Positions 47,916 through 58,758 of a DNA stretch of 64,000 bases are shown here, piece after piece. The notes below the pieces were generated by a model. It saw only the letters and a list, made by a program, of their open reading frames with translations. It was not told the origin of the DNA and ran no database searches. Position 1 is the first letter of the stretch, and every line of letters starts with the position of its first letter. Source of the stretch: Dehalococcoidia bacterium (GTDB taxonomy: Bacteria > Chloroflexota > Dehalococcoidia > DSTF01 > JACRBR01); the NCBI GenBank assembly GCA_015478665.1, contig JADMII010000006.1, forward strand, positions 56,862-120,861, read 5' to 3'. The position numbers and the translations under genes were made by a program.

Positions 47916-48398
47916 ATGAGGACGAAGACAGGCACGATGGCCCCATATCAGATCGAGATCCAGGCCGACGTTGCCATCGACGGCGTCGACCTGCCGGCGC
48001 TGGAGCGGCTCGCCGAGCGCGCGCTGTCGGTCGAGCAGGTCGAGCCGCCGGCGGAATTGAGCGTCGTTTTGACCGGCGACGCCACCGTGCGCGGGCTGAA
48101 CCGGGCGTATCGCGGCATCGACGAGCCGACCGACGTGCTGTCCTTCGCGCAGGCTGAAGGCGAGGAGTTCGCACGTGCCGAGGGGATGGCGCGCCACGTT
48201 GGCGACGTCGTGATCTCCGTCGAGACCGCGCGCCTGCAGGCGATGGAGTCGCAGCAGCCACTCGCGGAGGAACTGGCGCACCTGCTCGCGCATGGCGTGC
48301 TGCACCTGCTCGGATACGACCACGAGCGCCCGCAGGACGAGGAGCTGATGCGCGTACGCGAGGACGTAGTCCTGGGGCGTCGCGCCCGCCACCACTGA
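47916..48398 (+). CDS. ybeY: rRNA maturation endoribonuclease YbeY
   Basis: Contains the zinc motif '[11 protein letters not shown]'. An alternative start lies at 47937. Confidence 0.85.
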   Translation: MRTKTGTMAPYQIEIQADVAIDGVDLPALERLAERALSVEQVEPPAELSVVLTGDATVRGLNRAYRGIDEPTDVLSFAQAEGEEFARAEGMARHVGDVVISVETARLQAMESQQPLAEELAHLLAHGVLHLLGYDHERPQDEELMRVREDVVLGRRARHH

Positions 48399-48542
48399 TG
48401 TCTCGCGCGGCGGACCCTCACGCCCTGCCGGAGGAAGCGCGGCGAGCGGCACGCCGATGCGCTGCCGGGGGCGCCAGGCGGGCGGCTCGACGCGGAAGGC
48501 GGGCTGCGGCGACCGGATACGGAGGGCGAGGCGTCGCGACGC

Positions 48543-50183
48543 TCAGCGCGCCAGCGCGCGGCGTACCATCTCCCGCACGTCGCGGAGGCGGAAGGGCTTC
48601 GCCAGCACGTCGTTTTCGACGGACTGCAGGAAGCCGCGCGTCTCCGCCGCCACGGTGTCGCCGGTGATGAAGATGACGCGACGGGCGAGCGGGCTGCCGG
48701 CCTCACGCAACTGCCTGTAGAGGTCGGGCCCGCTCATCACCGGCATCTTGATGTCCGTGATCACCAGGTCGAACGGCTCCCGTGAGAGCCGGTCCAGCGC
48801 CTGGCGCCCGTTCGTCGCGATCTGCACCTCGTGGCCGTCCATCTCCAGCACGCCGGTGAGCAGCTTCTGGATGCTCGCCTCGTCATCGACGACGAGGATG
48901 CGCCGGCGCTCGAGCGCCGGCGCGGGCGGCTCGTCCCGCGCGATCTCAGGAGCGTGCGAGGCGGCGCCGGCCGTGACGAGCGGCAGCTCGATGGTGAACG
49001 TCGTGCCGCGGCCGCGCGCGCTCTCGGCCCAGATGCGGCCCCCGTGTTCTTCGATGATGCCGTAGCTGATCGTCAGTCCCAGCCCCGTGCCCTCTCCGGC
49101 TTCCTTCGTCGTGAAGAAGGGGTCGAAGATGCGGCGCAGCGTCTCCGCGCTCATCCCCGGACCGTTATCGGTGAAGGACACGGATACCGTGCGCGCCTCC
49201 GACCAGGTGCGGATGCGCAGCGCGCCGCTCGCGCCGTCGCCCGCGGCACGCAGCGCCTGCTCGGCGTTGATGATGATGTTGAGGATCACCTGCTGGATCT
49301 GGTTCGCATCGAGCATCGTGTCCGGCAGCGACGCATCGGGCGCGCACTCCACCTCGATGTTGCGGACACGCAAGTCGTAGTTCCGCAGCTCGAGCACGCG
49401 CTCGACGAGCGTGTTGAGGTTGGTAAGCTCCTTCTGCGCGCGGCGGCGGCGGGCGAAGGTGAGCAGGTTGGAGACGATCTTCGAAGCCCGCTCGGCCTCC
49501 TGATAGATCGTCTCCACCTGACCGCGCGCCGTCTCGTCGAGCGCGCCGAGGAGCAGCAATTGCGCGAACCCGGTGATGCCCGTGAGCGGGTTGTTGAGCT
49601 CGTGCGCGACGCCCGACACGAGCTGGCCGATGCTCGACATCTTCTCCGACTGCAGCAGCCGCTCCTGCACGAGGCGCGTCTGCGTGCGCTGCGCATCGAG
49701 CCGCTCGATCGCCCTGGAGACGTCGCGCGCCAAGGCGAAGTAGAGGTCGAGCTGCCCGCGCGAGAGGGCGCCGCGGCGTTCGATCCGCAGCATGCCGACG
49801 ACGCGGCCGCCGACGACGAGCGGCGCGTCCTCGTACGCCTCGGGCTCGCTGACTGCCTGGTCTCCGGGCGTGCCGAGCGGGATCAGCTTCGGGTCCTCGG
49901 CCGGCCACGCCGACTGCTCTTCGCCGGCGAGCTCGATGAAGGCGGCCAGAGCCTGCACGTGCACGCCTTCGATCACCGGCGGCGTGAGCGTGCCCGACGT
50001 GAACACGGGCACGACGTGGCGTCCGTCATCGCACAGCACGGCGACAGCGATGTCAAAGCCGAGCGACGGGCGCACGGCCTCGAGCACGAGTTGCATCAGA
50101 TCGGCGGCGCCGAAGAGGCCTTCGCGCGTCGAACTCTCGTTGCGGACCGGCGGCGAGAACACCATCTGGCGGCGATTATACAC
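48543..50183 (-). CDS. Hybrid sensor histidine kinase (GAF-like N-domain, HisKA, HATPase, C-terminal receiver)
   Basis: Contains the H-box 'VSGVAHELNNPL', the N/G boxes 'NIIINAEQAL' and 'DNGPGM...GTGLGL', and the receiver 'ILVVDDE...DLVITDIKMPVMSG'. Confidence 0.85.
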   Translation of the reverse strand: MYNRRQMVFSPPVRNESSTREGLFGAADLMQLVLEAVRPSLGFDIAVAVLCDDGRHVVPVFTSGTLTPPVIEGVHVQALAAFIELAGEEQSAWPAEDPKLIPLGTPGDQAVSEPEAYEDAPLVVGGRVVGMLRIERRGALSRGQLDLYFALARDVSRAIERLDAQRTQTRLVQERLLQSEKMSSIGQLVSGVAHELNNPLTGITGFAQLLLLGALDETARGQVETIYQEAERASKIVSNLLTFARRRRAQKELTNLNTLVERVLELRNYDLRVRNIEVECAPDASLPDTMLDANQIQQVILNIIINAEQALRAAGDGASGALRIRTWSEARTVSVSFTDNGPGMSAETLRRIFDPFFTTKEAGEGTGLGLTISYGIIEEHGGRIWAESARGRGTTFTIELPLVTAGAASHAPEIARDEPPAPALERRRILVVDDEASIQKLLTGVLEMDGHEVQIATNGRQALDRLSREPFDLVITDIKMPVMSGPDLYRQLREAGSPLARRVIFITGDTVAAETRGFLQSVENDVLAKPFRLRDVREMVRRALAR

Positions 50184-50445
50184 GCCAGGCGGCAGATCGG
50201 ACGCGGGTCAGGCGGGTATCGGAACGCGGGCGGCCAGGCGCGGCGTGCCGCGCGCAGGCGGGAACCGCGGGGCTGCCGAGCGCAGGGGCGAAGCCCGGGT
50301 GTTCAGGACGGGCGGCGGCCGTCATGACGCCAGCTCGCGCGTCCGGCCGCGTCGCTTCGGCGGCCGTCTGCGGTTTCCGCAGCCGGCCCGCATGCGGCGG
50401 CGGGCCGATTCGGCGTATGCTGATGACGAGCGGAGGCCGAGCGTC

Positions 50446-50862
50446 ATGGCGCGTGACAACGACGACTTCGAGGGCATCGACATCGACGGGCCGTGGGGAG
50501 GCATCCGGATCGGTTCAGGAGGTGTGCGCATGGGACGCCGCTTCGCCGCCGACAGCGACGACGCCGACTATCGTCAGGCGCGGCGACGCGTGCGAAGGCG
50601 GCTCAACTTCTACCGGAACGTCGGCTACTACGTGGCAGTCGTCGGCATCCTGGCGCTCATCGACTGGGCGACGGGCGGCGGCTGGTGGGTGCAGTGGCTG
50701 GCGGCGATCTGGGGAGGCGTGCTCCTGCTGCGGTTCCTCACCAACTTCGTCGCGCCGTCGCTGTGGGGACGCGAGGCCGAAGAGCGCATGATCCAGCAGG
50801 AGATGAACCGGCAGCGCGGGCGCGTCGACGTCGACTCGTCCGCCGGGCATGACCGACCCTGA
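50446..50862 (+). CDS. 2TM-domain membrane protein
   Basis: ATG follows GGAGG. Contains 'RRRLNFYRNVGYYVAVVGILALIDW....WWVQWLAAIWGGVLLLRF', a pattern like pfam 2TM. Confidence 0.6.
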   Translation: MARDNDDFEGIDIDGPWGGIRIGSGGVRMGRRFAADSDDADYRQARRRVRRRLNFYRNVGYYVAVVGILALIDWATGGGWWVQWLAAIWGGVLLLRFLTNFVAPSLWGREAEERMIQQEMNRQRGRVDVDSSAGHDRP

Positions 50863-50930
50863 CGCAGGCAACGAGCGAAGCGGGTGAGCGCCCGGAACGC
50901 CCGGCGCCACCTACCTCCCCGCCTCCGACC

Positions 50931-52204
<1,274 letters not shown>

Positions 52205-52208
<4 letters not shown>

Positions 52209-52801
52209 GCCACGCCGCTCTCACGGCGGTCCTCCAGCAGCTGCTCGACGTAGCGGCCGATGATGTCCGTCTCGACGTTGACACGGTCGCCCGGGCGCCG
52301 CGCGTGCAGGTTCGTGTGCTCCTGCGTGTACTGGACGAGCGAGACGGCGAACGAGCGCGCGTCCCTGGCGACGACGGTCAGACTGATGCCGTCGATCGCG
52401 ACCGGGCCCTTGACGATGATGTGCCGCAGGATCTCCGGCGGCGCGTCGAAGCGGGCGATGATCGCCTCCCCCTCGGGCGTGAACGAATCAAGGACGGCCG
52501 TCGCCTCGACGACGCCGCGGACGAGGTGGCCGCTGACGCGCCCGGCCAGCTGGAGGGAGCGTTCGAGGTTGACGAGGTCGCCGGGCTTGAGGTCGCCGAG
52601 GTTGCTGCGCCGGTAGGTCTCCGGCATCACGTTGGCCTCGAAGCCGTCCTCGTCGAAGTGCTTCGCCGTCAGGTCGACGCCGTTGACCGCGATGCTGTCG
52701 CCGAGGTTCGTCCCCCAGAGCACCTTCCTTGCGCCGATCTTCACGTCGCCCTCGCCGGCGCTGCGGACGACGCCCACCTCTTCGATGATCCCGGTGAACA
52801 T
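52205..52801 (-). CDS. ribE: Riboflavin synthase alpha chain
   Basis: Begins '[10 protein letters not shown]' and contains the duplicated lumazine-binding repeats '[12 protein letters not shown]' and '[11 protein letters not shown]'. Confidence 0.9.
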
Positions 52802-53469
52802 GGCACCTCCGAGTTAGTGTCATGCTAACGCTAAGTCTCGTGCGGCGTCAACGCGTCGCACCGAGGCTGCGGATTGCACCGGGTAGCGACGCCAAATGCT
52901 ACGAATAGCGCAACCGATTCCGTGACCGCCTCGGGCGGGCGGCGACGCGCCGGCGGCAGGATCGAACGCATCCCGGCCGCGGGGCGGATCGCGCCGGCGT
53001 GTGCCGGCGCGCCCCCTGGTGGACGATTCACGAAGTAACGTTGAAGACGCGCGCCATCGGCGGGTGATTGGGACGGTCATCACGAACCTCCTGCTGCTGC
53101 GGGACGCCAGCCGTATGTCTCGCTCTCCGCCGTGCGAGGACGCGCACAGAACGTCGCGCACCGGGTCGATGTGAGGGACAGACGCTACACGGGCCGACGT
53201 TCCGGCGCGTGTTGATGATGCCAGGCGTATGCATGAGGGCTTGCGCGCGCGCCGGCCGGGCCTCGCCGCCTGTAGCGCGCGCATTTCGCAGTGGCGGCCG
53301 ATGCGCCCGTCCTGGGGCCGGCATATCACCCGGAAGCGCGATCGCCGCGATGTCCTTGTCGGCAGGCGATCCGCCGCTGCACGCCCGCGCCGCAACGCGG
53401 TGCTCGCGTGCAGCGCCGACCCGATGCGGTCGCCGTGGTACCATCGCCCCGTAGCCGGGAGGGCGATAG

Positions 53470-54390
53470 GTGGCCGACGAGATCACACCGCACATCACGA
53501 GCCTGCACGTCGAGCTGTCATGGTTCCCCCAGCCGTACCCGCCGAACGTCTTCCTCGTCCACGATGCCGGCGAGGCGGCGATCGTCGACAGCGGCTTCGG
53601 CGACGACCAGTCGTTCGAGCAGCGCACGGCGTCGCTGCGGGAGCGCGGCTTCGAGCGACTGAAGTACATCTTCCTCACCCATCACCACTACGACCACGCG
53701 AGCGGCGCCCGCCGGCTGCGAGAGGCGACCGGCGCGCGCATCGTCGTCCATCGCGACGAGGAGAACCTGCTGCTGCATCCGGACGAGGAGAGCGGCGACG
53801 TCGAGATCCCGGAGGACCAGCAGGCGGCGCGCGAGCAGGCGAGACAGTGGCGCGAGGAGGCCGCGAAGGCCACGCCCGACATCCGGCTTGCCGACGGCGA
53901 CGTGCTGACCGTCGGCGCGCTCCACCTGCGGGCCGTACACGCGCCCGGCCATACCGCCGGCCACCTCTGCGTCTTCCTGGAAGAGGAGCGGGCGCTCTTC
54001 GCCGGCGACAACGTGCTCGGCGTCGGCACCGGCGTCGTGCGCGACATGGCGGAGTACATCCGCTCGCTGCGCAAGATGCAGGCGCTCGACGCCGCGCTGC
54101 TGCTCCCCGGCCACGGCCCCGCCGTGCACGAGCCGCGGCGGAAGATGCAGGAGCTGATCGACCACCGCCAGCAGCGCGAGGAGCAGATCGTCGCGCTCAT
54201 CGGGCAGGGGAAGGACAGCGTGCCGTCGCTGCTGAAGGCGATCTACCCGGAGCTCGACAAGCGGCTGCGCGGCATGGCGACGAGCCAGATCATCGCGCAC
54301 CTGCGGAAGCTGGAGTCCGAAGGCAAGCTCGCGCTGCAGGGCGAAGGCGCGCAGATCACCGTCGCGCGCGCGGCGACCGGCGAGTCGTAG
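53470..54390 (+). CDS. MBL-fold metallo-hydrolase
   Basis: GTG follows GGGAGG. Contains 'IFLTHHHYDHASGA' (the HxHxDH motif) and 'PGHTAGH'. Confidence 0.85.
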   Translation: MADEITPHITSLHVELSWFPQPYPPNVFLVHDAGEAAIVDSGFGDDQSFEQRTASLRERGFERLKYIFLTHHHYDHASGARRLREATGARIVVHRDEENLLLHPDEESGDVEIPEDQQAAREQARQWREEAAKATPDIRLADGDVLTVGALHLRAVHAPGHTAGHLCVFLEEERALFAGDNVLGVGTGVVRDMAEYIRSLRKMQALDAALLLPGHGPAVHEPRRKMQELIDHRQQREEQIVALIGQGKDSVPSLLKAIYPELDKRLRGMATSQIIAHLRKLESEGKLALQGEGAQITVARAATGES

Positions 54391-54457
54391 GCTGCCGGCG
54401 CCAGCCGGCCGCCCGGACGGCGCCGGCCCGGGCAGCCGCTACAATGCAAGCGCCGCT

Positions 54458-56731
54458 ATGGTTGCCACCGAGCACATCCTGCAGGATCTGAACCCGCCGC
54501 AGCGCGAGGCCGTGACGGCCGTCGAAGGGCCGCTGCTCATCCTCGCCGGACCCGGCTCCGGCAAGACGCGCGTGATCACGCACCGCATCGCCTACCTCGT
54601 CGACCAGGAGGGCGTCGCGCCCTGGCGGATCGTCGCCGTCACCTTCACAAACAAGGCCGCTCGCGAGATGCGCCAGCGAGTCTTCGCGCACCTCGGTGAC
54701 CGCGCCCTCGACGTCGCGCTCGGCACCTTCCACTCGATTTGCGCCCGGCTGCTGCGGGTCGAAGGCGAGCGCATCGGCCTCCAGCGCTCGTTCAACATCT
54801 ACGACGACGCCGATCAGATGGCGGTGATCAAGCGCGTCACCGAGGCACTGAACATCGACCCGAAGAAGTTCTCCGACCGGGCGATCCTCTCGACGATCTC
54901 CCGCGCCAAGAGCGAGCTCGTCGACGCCCGCACCTATGCCGCCGAGGCGCGCGACTACTTCGCCGAGATCGTCGCCCGCTCGTACGAGCGCTACCAGGCG
55001 CTGCTGGCGGAGAACGCCGCGCTCGACTTCGACGACCTGATCCTGAAGGCGGTGACGATGCTGCAGGAGCACGAATCGATCCGCGAGAAGTACGAAGAGC
55101 GCTATCTGCACGTCCTCGTCGACGAGTTCCAGGACACAAACCTCGCGCAGTACGAGCTGGCCCGCATCCTCGCCGGCGGCCACGGCAACATCTGCGCCGT
55201 CGGCGACCCCGACCAGTCGATCTACTCCTGGCGCTCCGCCGACATCCGCAACATCCTCAACTTCGAGCGCGACTTCCCCGGCGCCCGCATCGTCCTGCTC
55301 GAGCAGAACTATCGCTCGACGCAGCACATCCTCGACGCCGCGCACGCCGTCATTTCCGGCAACCGGCAGCGGACGGAGAAGTCGCTCTGGACCGACCGCG
55401 GCCACGGCGAGCCGATCGTCGTCTTCGAGGCGTACGACGAGGGCGAAGAGGCGGACTTCATCGCCGGCGAGATCGCCCGCCTGACGGGTGTCGAGGCCGG
55501 CCCCGGCGACCCCGGCGAGCCGGCTTGGGCGCTGCGTGACTTCGCCGTCATGTACCGCACGAACGCACAGTCGCGTGCCGTCGAGGAGGCGCTGATCCGC
55601 GCCGGCATCCGCTACCAGCTCGTCGGCGGCACGCGGTTCTACGAGCGGCGTGAGGTGAAGGACGTGCTCGCCTACCTGCGGCTCGTGCACAACCCCTACG
55701 ACATGGTCAGCCTGGCGCGCGTCCTCAACGTGCCCGGCCGCGGCATCGGCACGAAGACCGTGCAGCAGCTCGAGCGTTGGGCGCAGGCGCTCGGCGTGCC
55801 GCTGTACACCGCGCTCCAGATCCTGGTCGCGCAGGAGTCGCCGGAGAAGCAGCAGTCCCGGCCACCGCAGGCGCCGCGCCATCCGGCCGCGGCGCGACAG
55901 GCGAAGGCCGTCGTCGAGTTCGTCGAGATGCTCGACGAGCTGATGGACGTGGCGGCGAAGAACAACCTCTCGACGCTGCTCGATGGCGTCGTCGAGCGGA
56001 CGGCGTATCGCCGTTACCTGTACGGCGAGTTCGACGACGGCGAGCAGCGCTGGGAGAACGTCGAAGAGCTACGGAACGTCGCTGCGGAGTACGACGGGCT
56101 GGCGCCAGGCAACGGCCTCGTCTCATTCCTCGAGGACGTCGCGCTGATCTCCGACCAGGATACGCTGCAGGAGGCGCCGGACGACGCGCCGGACGCCGGG
56201 CGCGTGACGCTGATCACGCTCCACTCGGCAAAAGGCCTCGAGTACCGCGCCGTCTTCATGATTGCCATGGAGGAGGGCGTGCTCCCGCACGTCCGGTCGT
56301 TCGACGAGCCGGCGCAGCTCGAGGAGGAGCGTCGCCTGGCCTACGTCGGCATGACGCGCGCGCGAGAGCGGCTCTACCTGCTGCGCGCGTTCAAGCGGTA
56401 CGCGATGGGCGCATCGCAGCACAACCCGGCGTCACGCTTCCTCAAGGACATCCCGCCGGAGCTGATCGCCCAGAGGTCCGCCTTCGCCGACGGCAGCCCG
56501 GCGACGACGGCCGGGCGCTACCGGGAGCCGGCGCGCGTCGATGCGCGGCCGCTCGTCCCGGAGGATGCCGTCTTCAGCGGCGGCGAGAAGGTGCGCCATC
56601 CCCGCTTCGGCGAGGGCATCGTCGTCTCTTGCCGGGTGGCGAACGGCGACCAGGAGCTGACCGTCGCGTTCAAGGGCGAGGCGGGGATCAAGCGGCTGCT
56701 GCTGTCCCTGGCGCCGCTCGAACGCCTGTAG
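54458..56731 (+). CDS. pcrA: ATP-dependent DNA helicase PcrA/UvrD
   Basis: Contains 'LNPPQREAV', the Walker A 'AGPGSGKTRV', 'VDEFQDTN', 'QNYRST' and 'TLHSAKGLE..VF'. Confidence 0.9.
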   Translation: MVATEHILQDLNPPQREAVTAVEGPLLILAGPGSGKTRVITHRIAYLVDQEGVAPWRIVAVTFTNKAAREMRQRVFAHLGDRALDVALGTFHSICARLLRVEGERIGLQRSFNIYDDADQMAVIKRVTEALNIDPKKFSDRAILSTISRAKSELVDARTYAAEARDYFAEIVARSYERYQALLAENAALDFDDLILKAVTMLQEHESIREKYEERYLHVLVDEFQDTNLAQYELARILAGGHGNICAVGDPDQSIYSWRSADIRNILNFERDFPGARIVLLEQNYRSTQHILDAAHAVISGNRQRTEKSLWTDRGHGEPIVVFEAYDEGEEADFIAGEIARLTGVEAGPGDPGEPAWALRDFAVMYRTNAQSRAVEEALIRAGIRYQLVGGTRFYERREVKDVLAYLRLVHNPYDMVSLARVLNVPGRGIGTKTVQQLERWAQALGVPLYTALQILVAQESPEKQQSRPPQAPRHPAAARQAKAVVEFVEMLDELMDVAAKNNLSTLLDGVVERTAYRRYLYGEFDDGEQRWENVEELRNVAAEYDGLAPGNGLVSFLEDVALISDQDTLQEAPDDAPDAGRVTLITLHSAKGLEYRAVFMIAMEEGVLPHVRSFDEPAQLEEERRLAYVGMTRARERLYLLRAFKRYAMGASQHNPASRFLKDIPPELIAQRSAFADGSPATTAGRYREPARVDARPLVPEDAVFSGGEKVRHPRFGEGIVVSCRVANGDQELTVAFKGEAGIKRLLLSLAPLERL

Positions 56732-57001
56732 CCCGTCCCCCGCACCGGGGACCCGCGCCTGCGGCTGCGTCGCTCGGCCGGGCCGTGGCCAACCGACGAC
56801 GGTCAAGAGGACGCCATCGAAGTGTTCGACGCCGCCTCCGCCGCGCAGAGCTCGAAACGGTCGGGCCGTGAACACAGTTCCAGCGCGCACTCGCTCTCGA
56901 ATCGCCGGGGAGGAGGGTCCACATGCTAGCCAAAACGAAGTATCGCGCCTAGAATACATCCCACACACCATCTTCGGTGAGCAGGACCGAGGGAGACGTC
57001 G

Positions 57002-58459
57002 ATGGCACGCCGGAATGGACGCAACGGCAGCACTCCAGCCGCAACCTACACATTCAGCTTTCAGGCGCAGTACCCCAACAAGCCCGGCATGCTCGCCCGC
57101 ATCGCCTCCGCCGTCGGGGACTGCGGCGGCAACATCGGCGACATCGACGTCGTGCGATCCACCGGCACGACGATGGTGCGTGAGATCAGCGTGCAGGCGC
57201 GCGACAGCCAGCACGCCCAGGAGATCGTCGATCACGTCAAGGCGGCGAAGGGGATCATCGTCCGCAACATCTCGGACCGCGTCTTCCTGACGCACCGTGG
57301 CGGCAAGATCGAGATCCGGAACAAGGTGCCGGTGACGAGCCGGCGCGACCTCTCGGTAGTGTACACGCCGGGCGTCGCGCGTGTCTGCCTGGCGATCGAC
57401 AAGGAGCCGGATTCCGCCTGGTCGCTGACGATCAAGGGCAACACGGTGGCGGTCGTCAGCGACGGCACCGCGATCCTGGGGCTCGGCGATTTGGGGCCGA
57501 AGGCGGCGATGCCAGTGATGGAAGGCAAGGCGATGCTCTTCAAGGCGTTCGGCGGCGTCGACGCCTGGCCGATCTGCCTCGATACGAAAGACCCGGAAGA
57601 GATCATCAGCGTCGTCAAGAAGATCGCGCCGGGCTTCGGCGGCATCAACCTCGAAGACATCTCCGCTCCGCGCTGCTTCGAGATCGAGGACCGGCTGAAG
57701 CAGGAGCTCGACATCCCGGTCTTCCACGACGACCAGCACGGGACGGCCGTCGTCGTCCTGGCGGCGCTCTTCAACGCGCTGAAGCTGGTGAGGAAGGAGC
57801 CGCAGGATCTGAAGGTGGTGGTCTGCGGCGTCGGCGCCGCGGGCGTCGCCTGCTCGAAGATCCTGATGTCCGTCGGCGTGAAGAACATCATCGGCTGCGA
57901 CCGCGCCGGCATCATCTACAAGGGCCGCGGCGTGCACATGAACTACATGAAGGACTGGTTCGCGGAAAACACGAATCTCGAAGGCGTCAGTGGCAGTCTC
58001 AGCGACGCGATCGAGGACGCCGACCTCTTCCTCGGCCTCTCCGGCCCGGGCATGCTCAGCGTCGACGACGTGAAGAAGATGAACCGCGACCCAATCGTCT
58101 TCGCGATGGCCAATCCGACGCCGGAGATCATGCCCGAAGAATGCAGCGACATCGTGCGCGTGATGGCGACGGGCCGCTCCGATTACCCCAACCAGATCAA
58201 CAACGTGCTCTGCTTCCCCGGCCTCTTCCGCGGCGTGCTCGATGTGCGTGCGCGCGAGATCAACGAGCCGATGAAGATCGCCGCGGCCGAGGCGATCGCC
58301 GCCGCCGTCGGGAAGCACGAACTGAGCGCGGAGTACATCATCCCCAGCGTGTTCCATCCGACCGTCTTCAAGAACGTCGCCCGCGACGTCGCCCATGCGG
58401 CGATCGAGACGGGCGCGGCGGAGCAGCCGGAGAAGCGCAAGACGATGGTGTTCGTCTAG
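57002..58459 (+). CDS. NAD(P)-dependent malic enzyme with an N-terminal ACT-like domain
   Basis: The N-terminal part 'YTFSFQAQYPNKPGMLARIASAVGDCGGNIGDIDVV' is ACT-like. It is followed by 'VYTPGVARVC', 'VSDGTAILGLGDLG' and 'FHDDQHGTA'. Confidence 0.9.
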   Translation: MARRNGRNGSTPAATYTFSFQAQYPNKPGMLARIASAVGDCGGNIGDIDVVRSTGTTMVREISVQARDSQHAQEIVDHVKAAKGIIVRNISDRVFLTHRGGKIEIRNKVPVTSRRDLSVVYTPGVARVCLAIDKEPDSAWSLTIKGNTVAVVSDGTAILGLGDLGPKAAMPVMEGKAMLFKAFGGVDAWPICLDTKDPEEIISVVKKIAPGFGGINLEDISAPRCFEIEDRLKQELDIPVFHDDQHGTAVVVLAALFNALKLVRKEPQDLKVVVCGVGAAGVACSKILMSVGVKNIIGCDRAGIIYKGRGVHMNYMKDWFAENTNLEGVSGSLSDAIEDADLFLGLSGPGMLSVDDVKKMNRDPIVFAMANPTPEIMPEECSDIVRVMATGRSDYPNQINNVLCFPGLFRGVLDVRAREINEPMKIAAAEAIAAAVGKHELSAEYIIPSVFHPTVFKNVARDVAHAAIETGAAEQPEKRKTMVFV

Positions 58460-58758
58460 GAGCCGTCGCCGACGCCGGCGATCGGCGACGTCACGTCGCC
58501 GCGACCGTCGCCCTGCACGCTGTGCTCGTCCCGGCGTGGGCTTCGAGGAAGCGCAGCGTCCTGCGCAGCATCCATCGCCGCTGCCCGTCCTGGCCGTGGT
58601 CGCGGCGGCCGAGGTAGCGGCCGGATCCCGAAGCCGCGCTCGTCGTCGAAGGCGCTGGCGTTCGCTGTTACCGACGCCGCATGGTGAAGTGGCGCGATGC
58701 AGCTGCGGTATGTGTCGTCATCGCTTTCGGTGTCGCCGGATTTTTCGCCCGTCGGATC

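Noticed and set aside
52802-53060. Calling a definite FMN riboswitch feature upstream of ribE.
   Set aside because: I could match only fragments of the RFN consensus by eye. The conserved GGGUGAAAUUCCC and AGUCCGGAUGGGAGA cores are not clearly present. I reported it as a finding to test rather than as a feature.
52820-53080. An 86-codon ORF in the rib leader (minus strand) with a perfect AGGAGG 5 nt upstream of its ATG (MTVPITRRWRAS...).
   Set aside because: The product is Arg-rich and low-complexity. Codon usage is atypical for this genome (TTA, CTT, CGT, ATT). The ORF overlaps the region more likely to act as a structured leader RNA.
58460-58758. Possible gene remnant between the convergent malic enzyme and purL genes. 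One minus-strand frame reads ...FDDERGFGSGRYLGRRDHGQDGQRRWMLRRTLRFLEAH, vaguely like the C-terminus of an alpha/beta hydrolase.
   Set aside because: The segment is too short, has no start codon and has no diagnostic motif. The resemblance is subjective.
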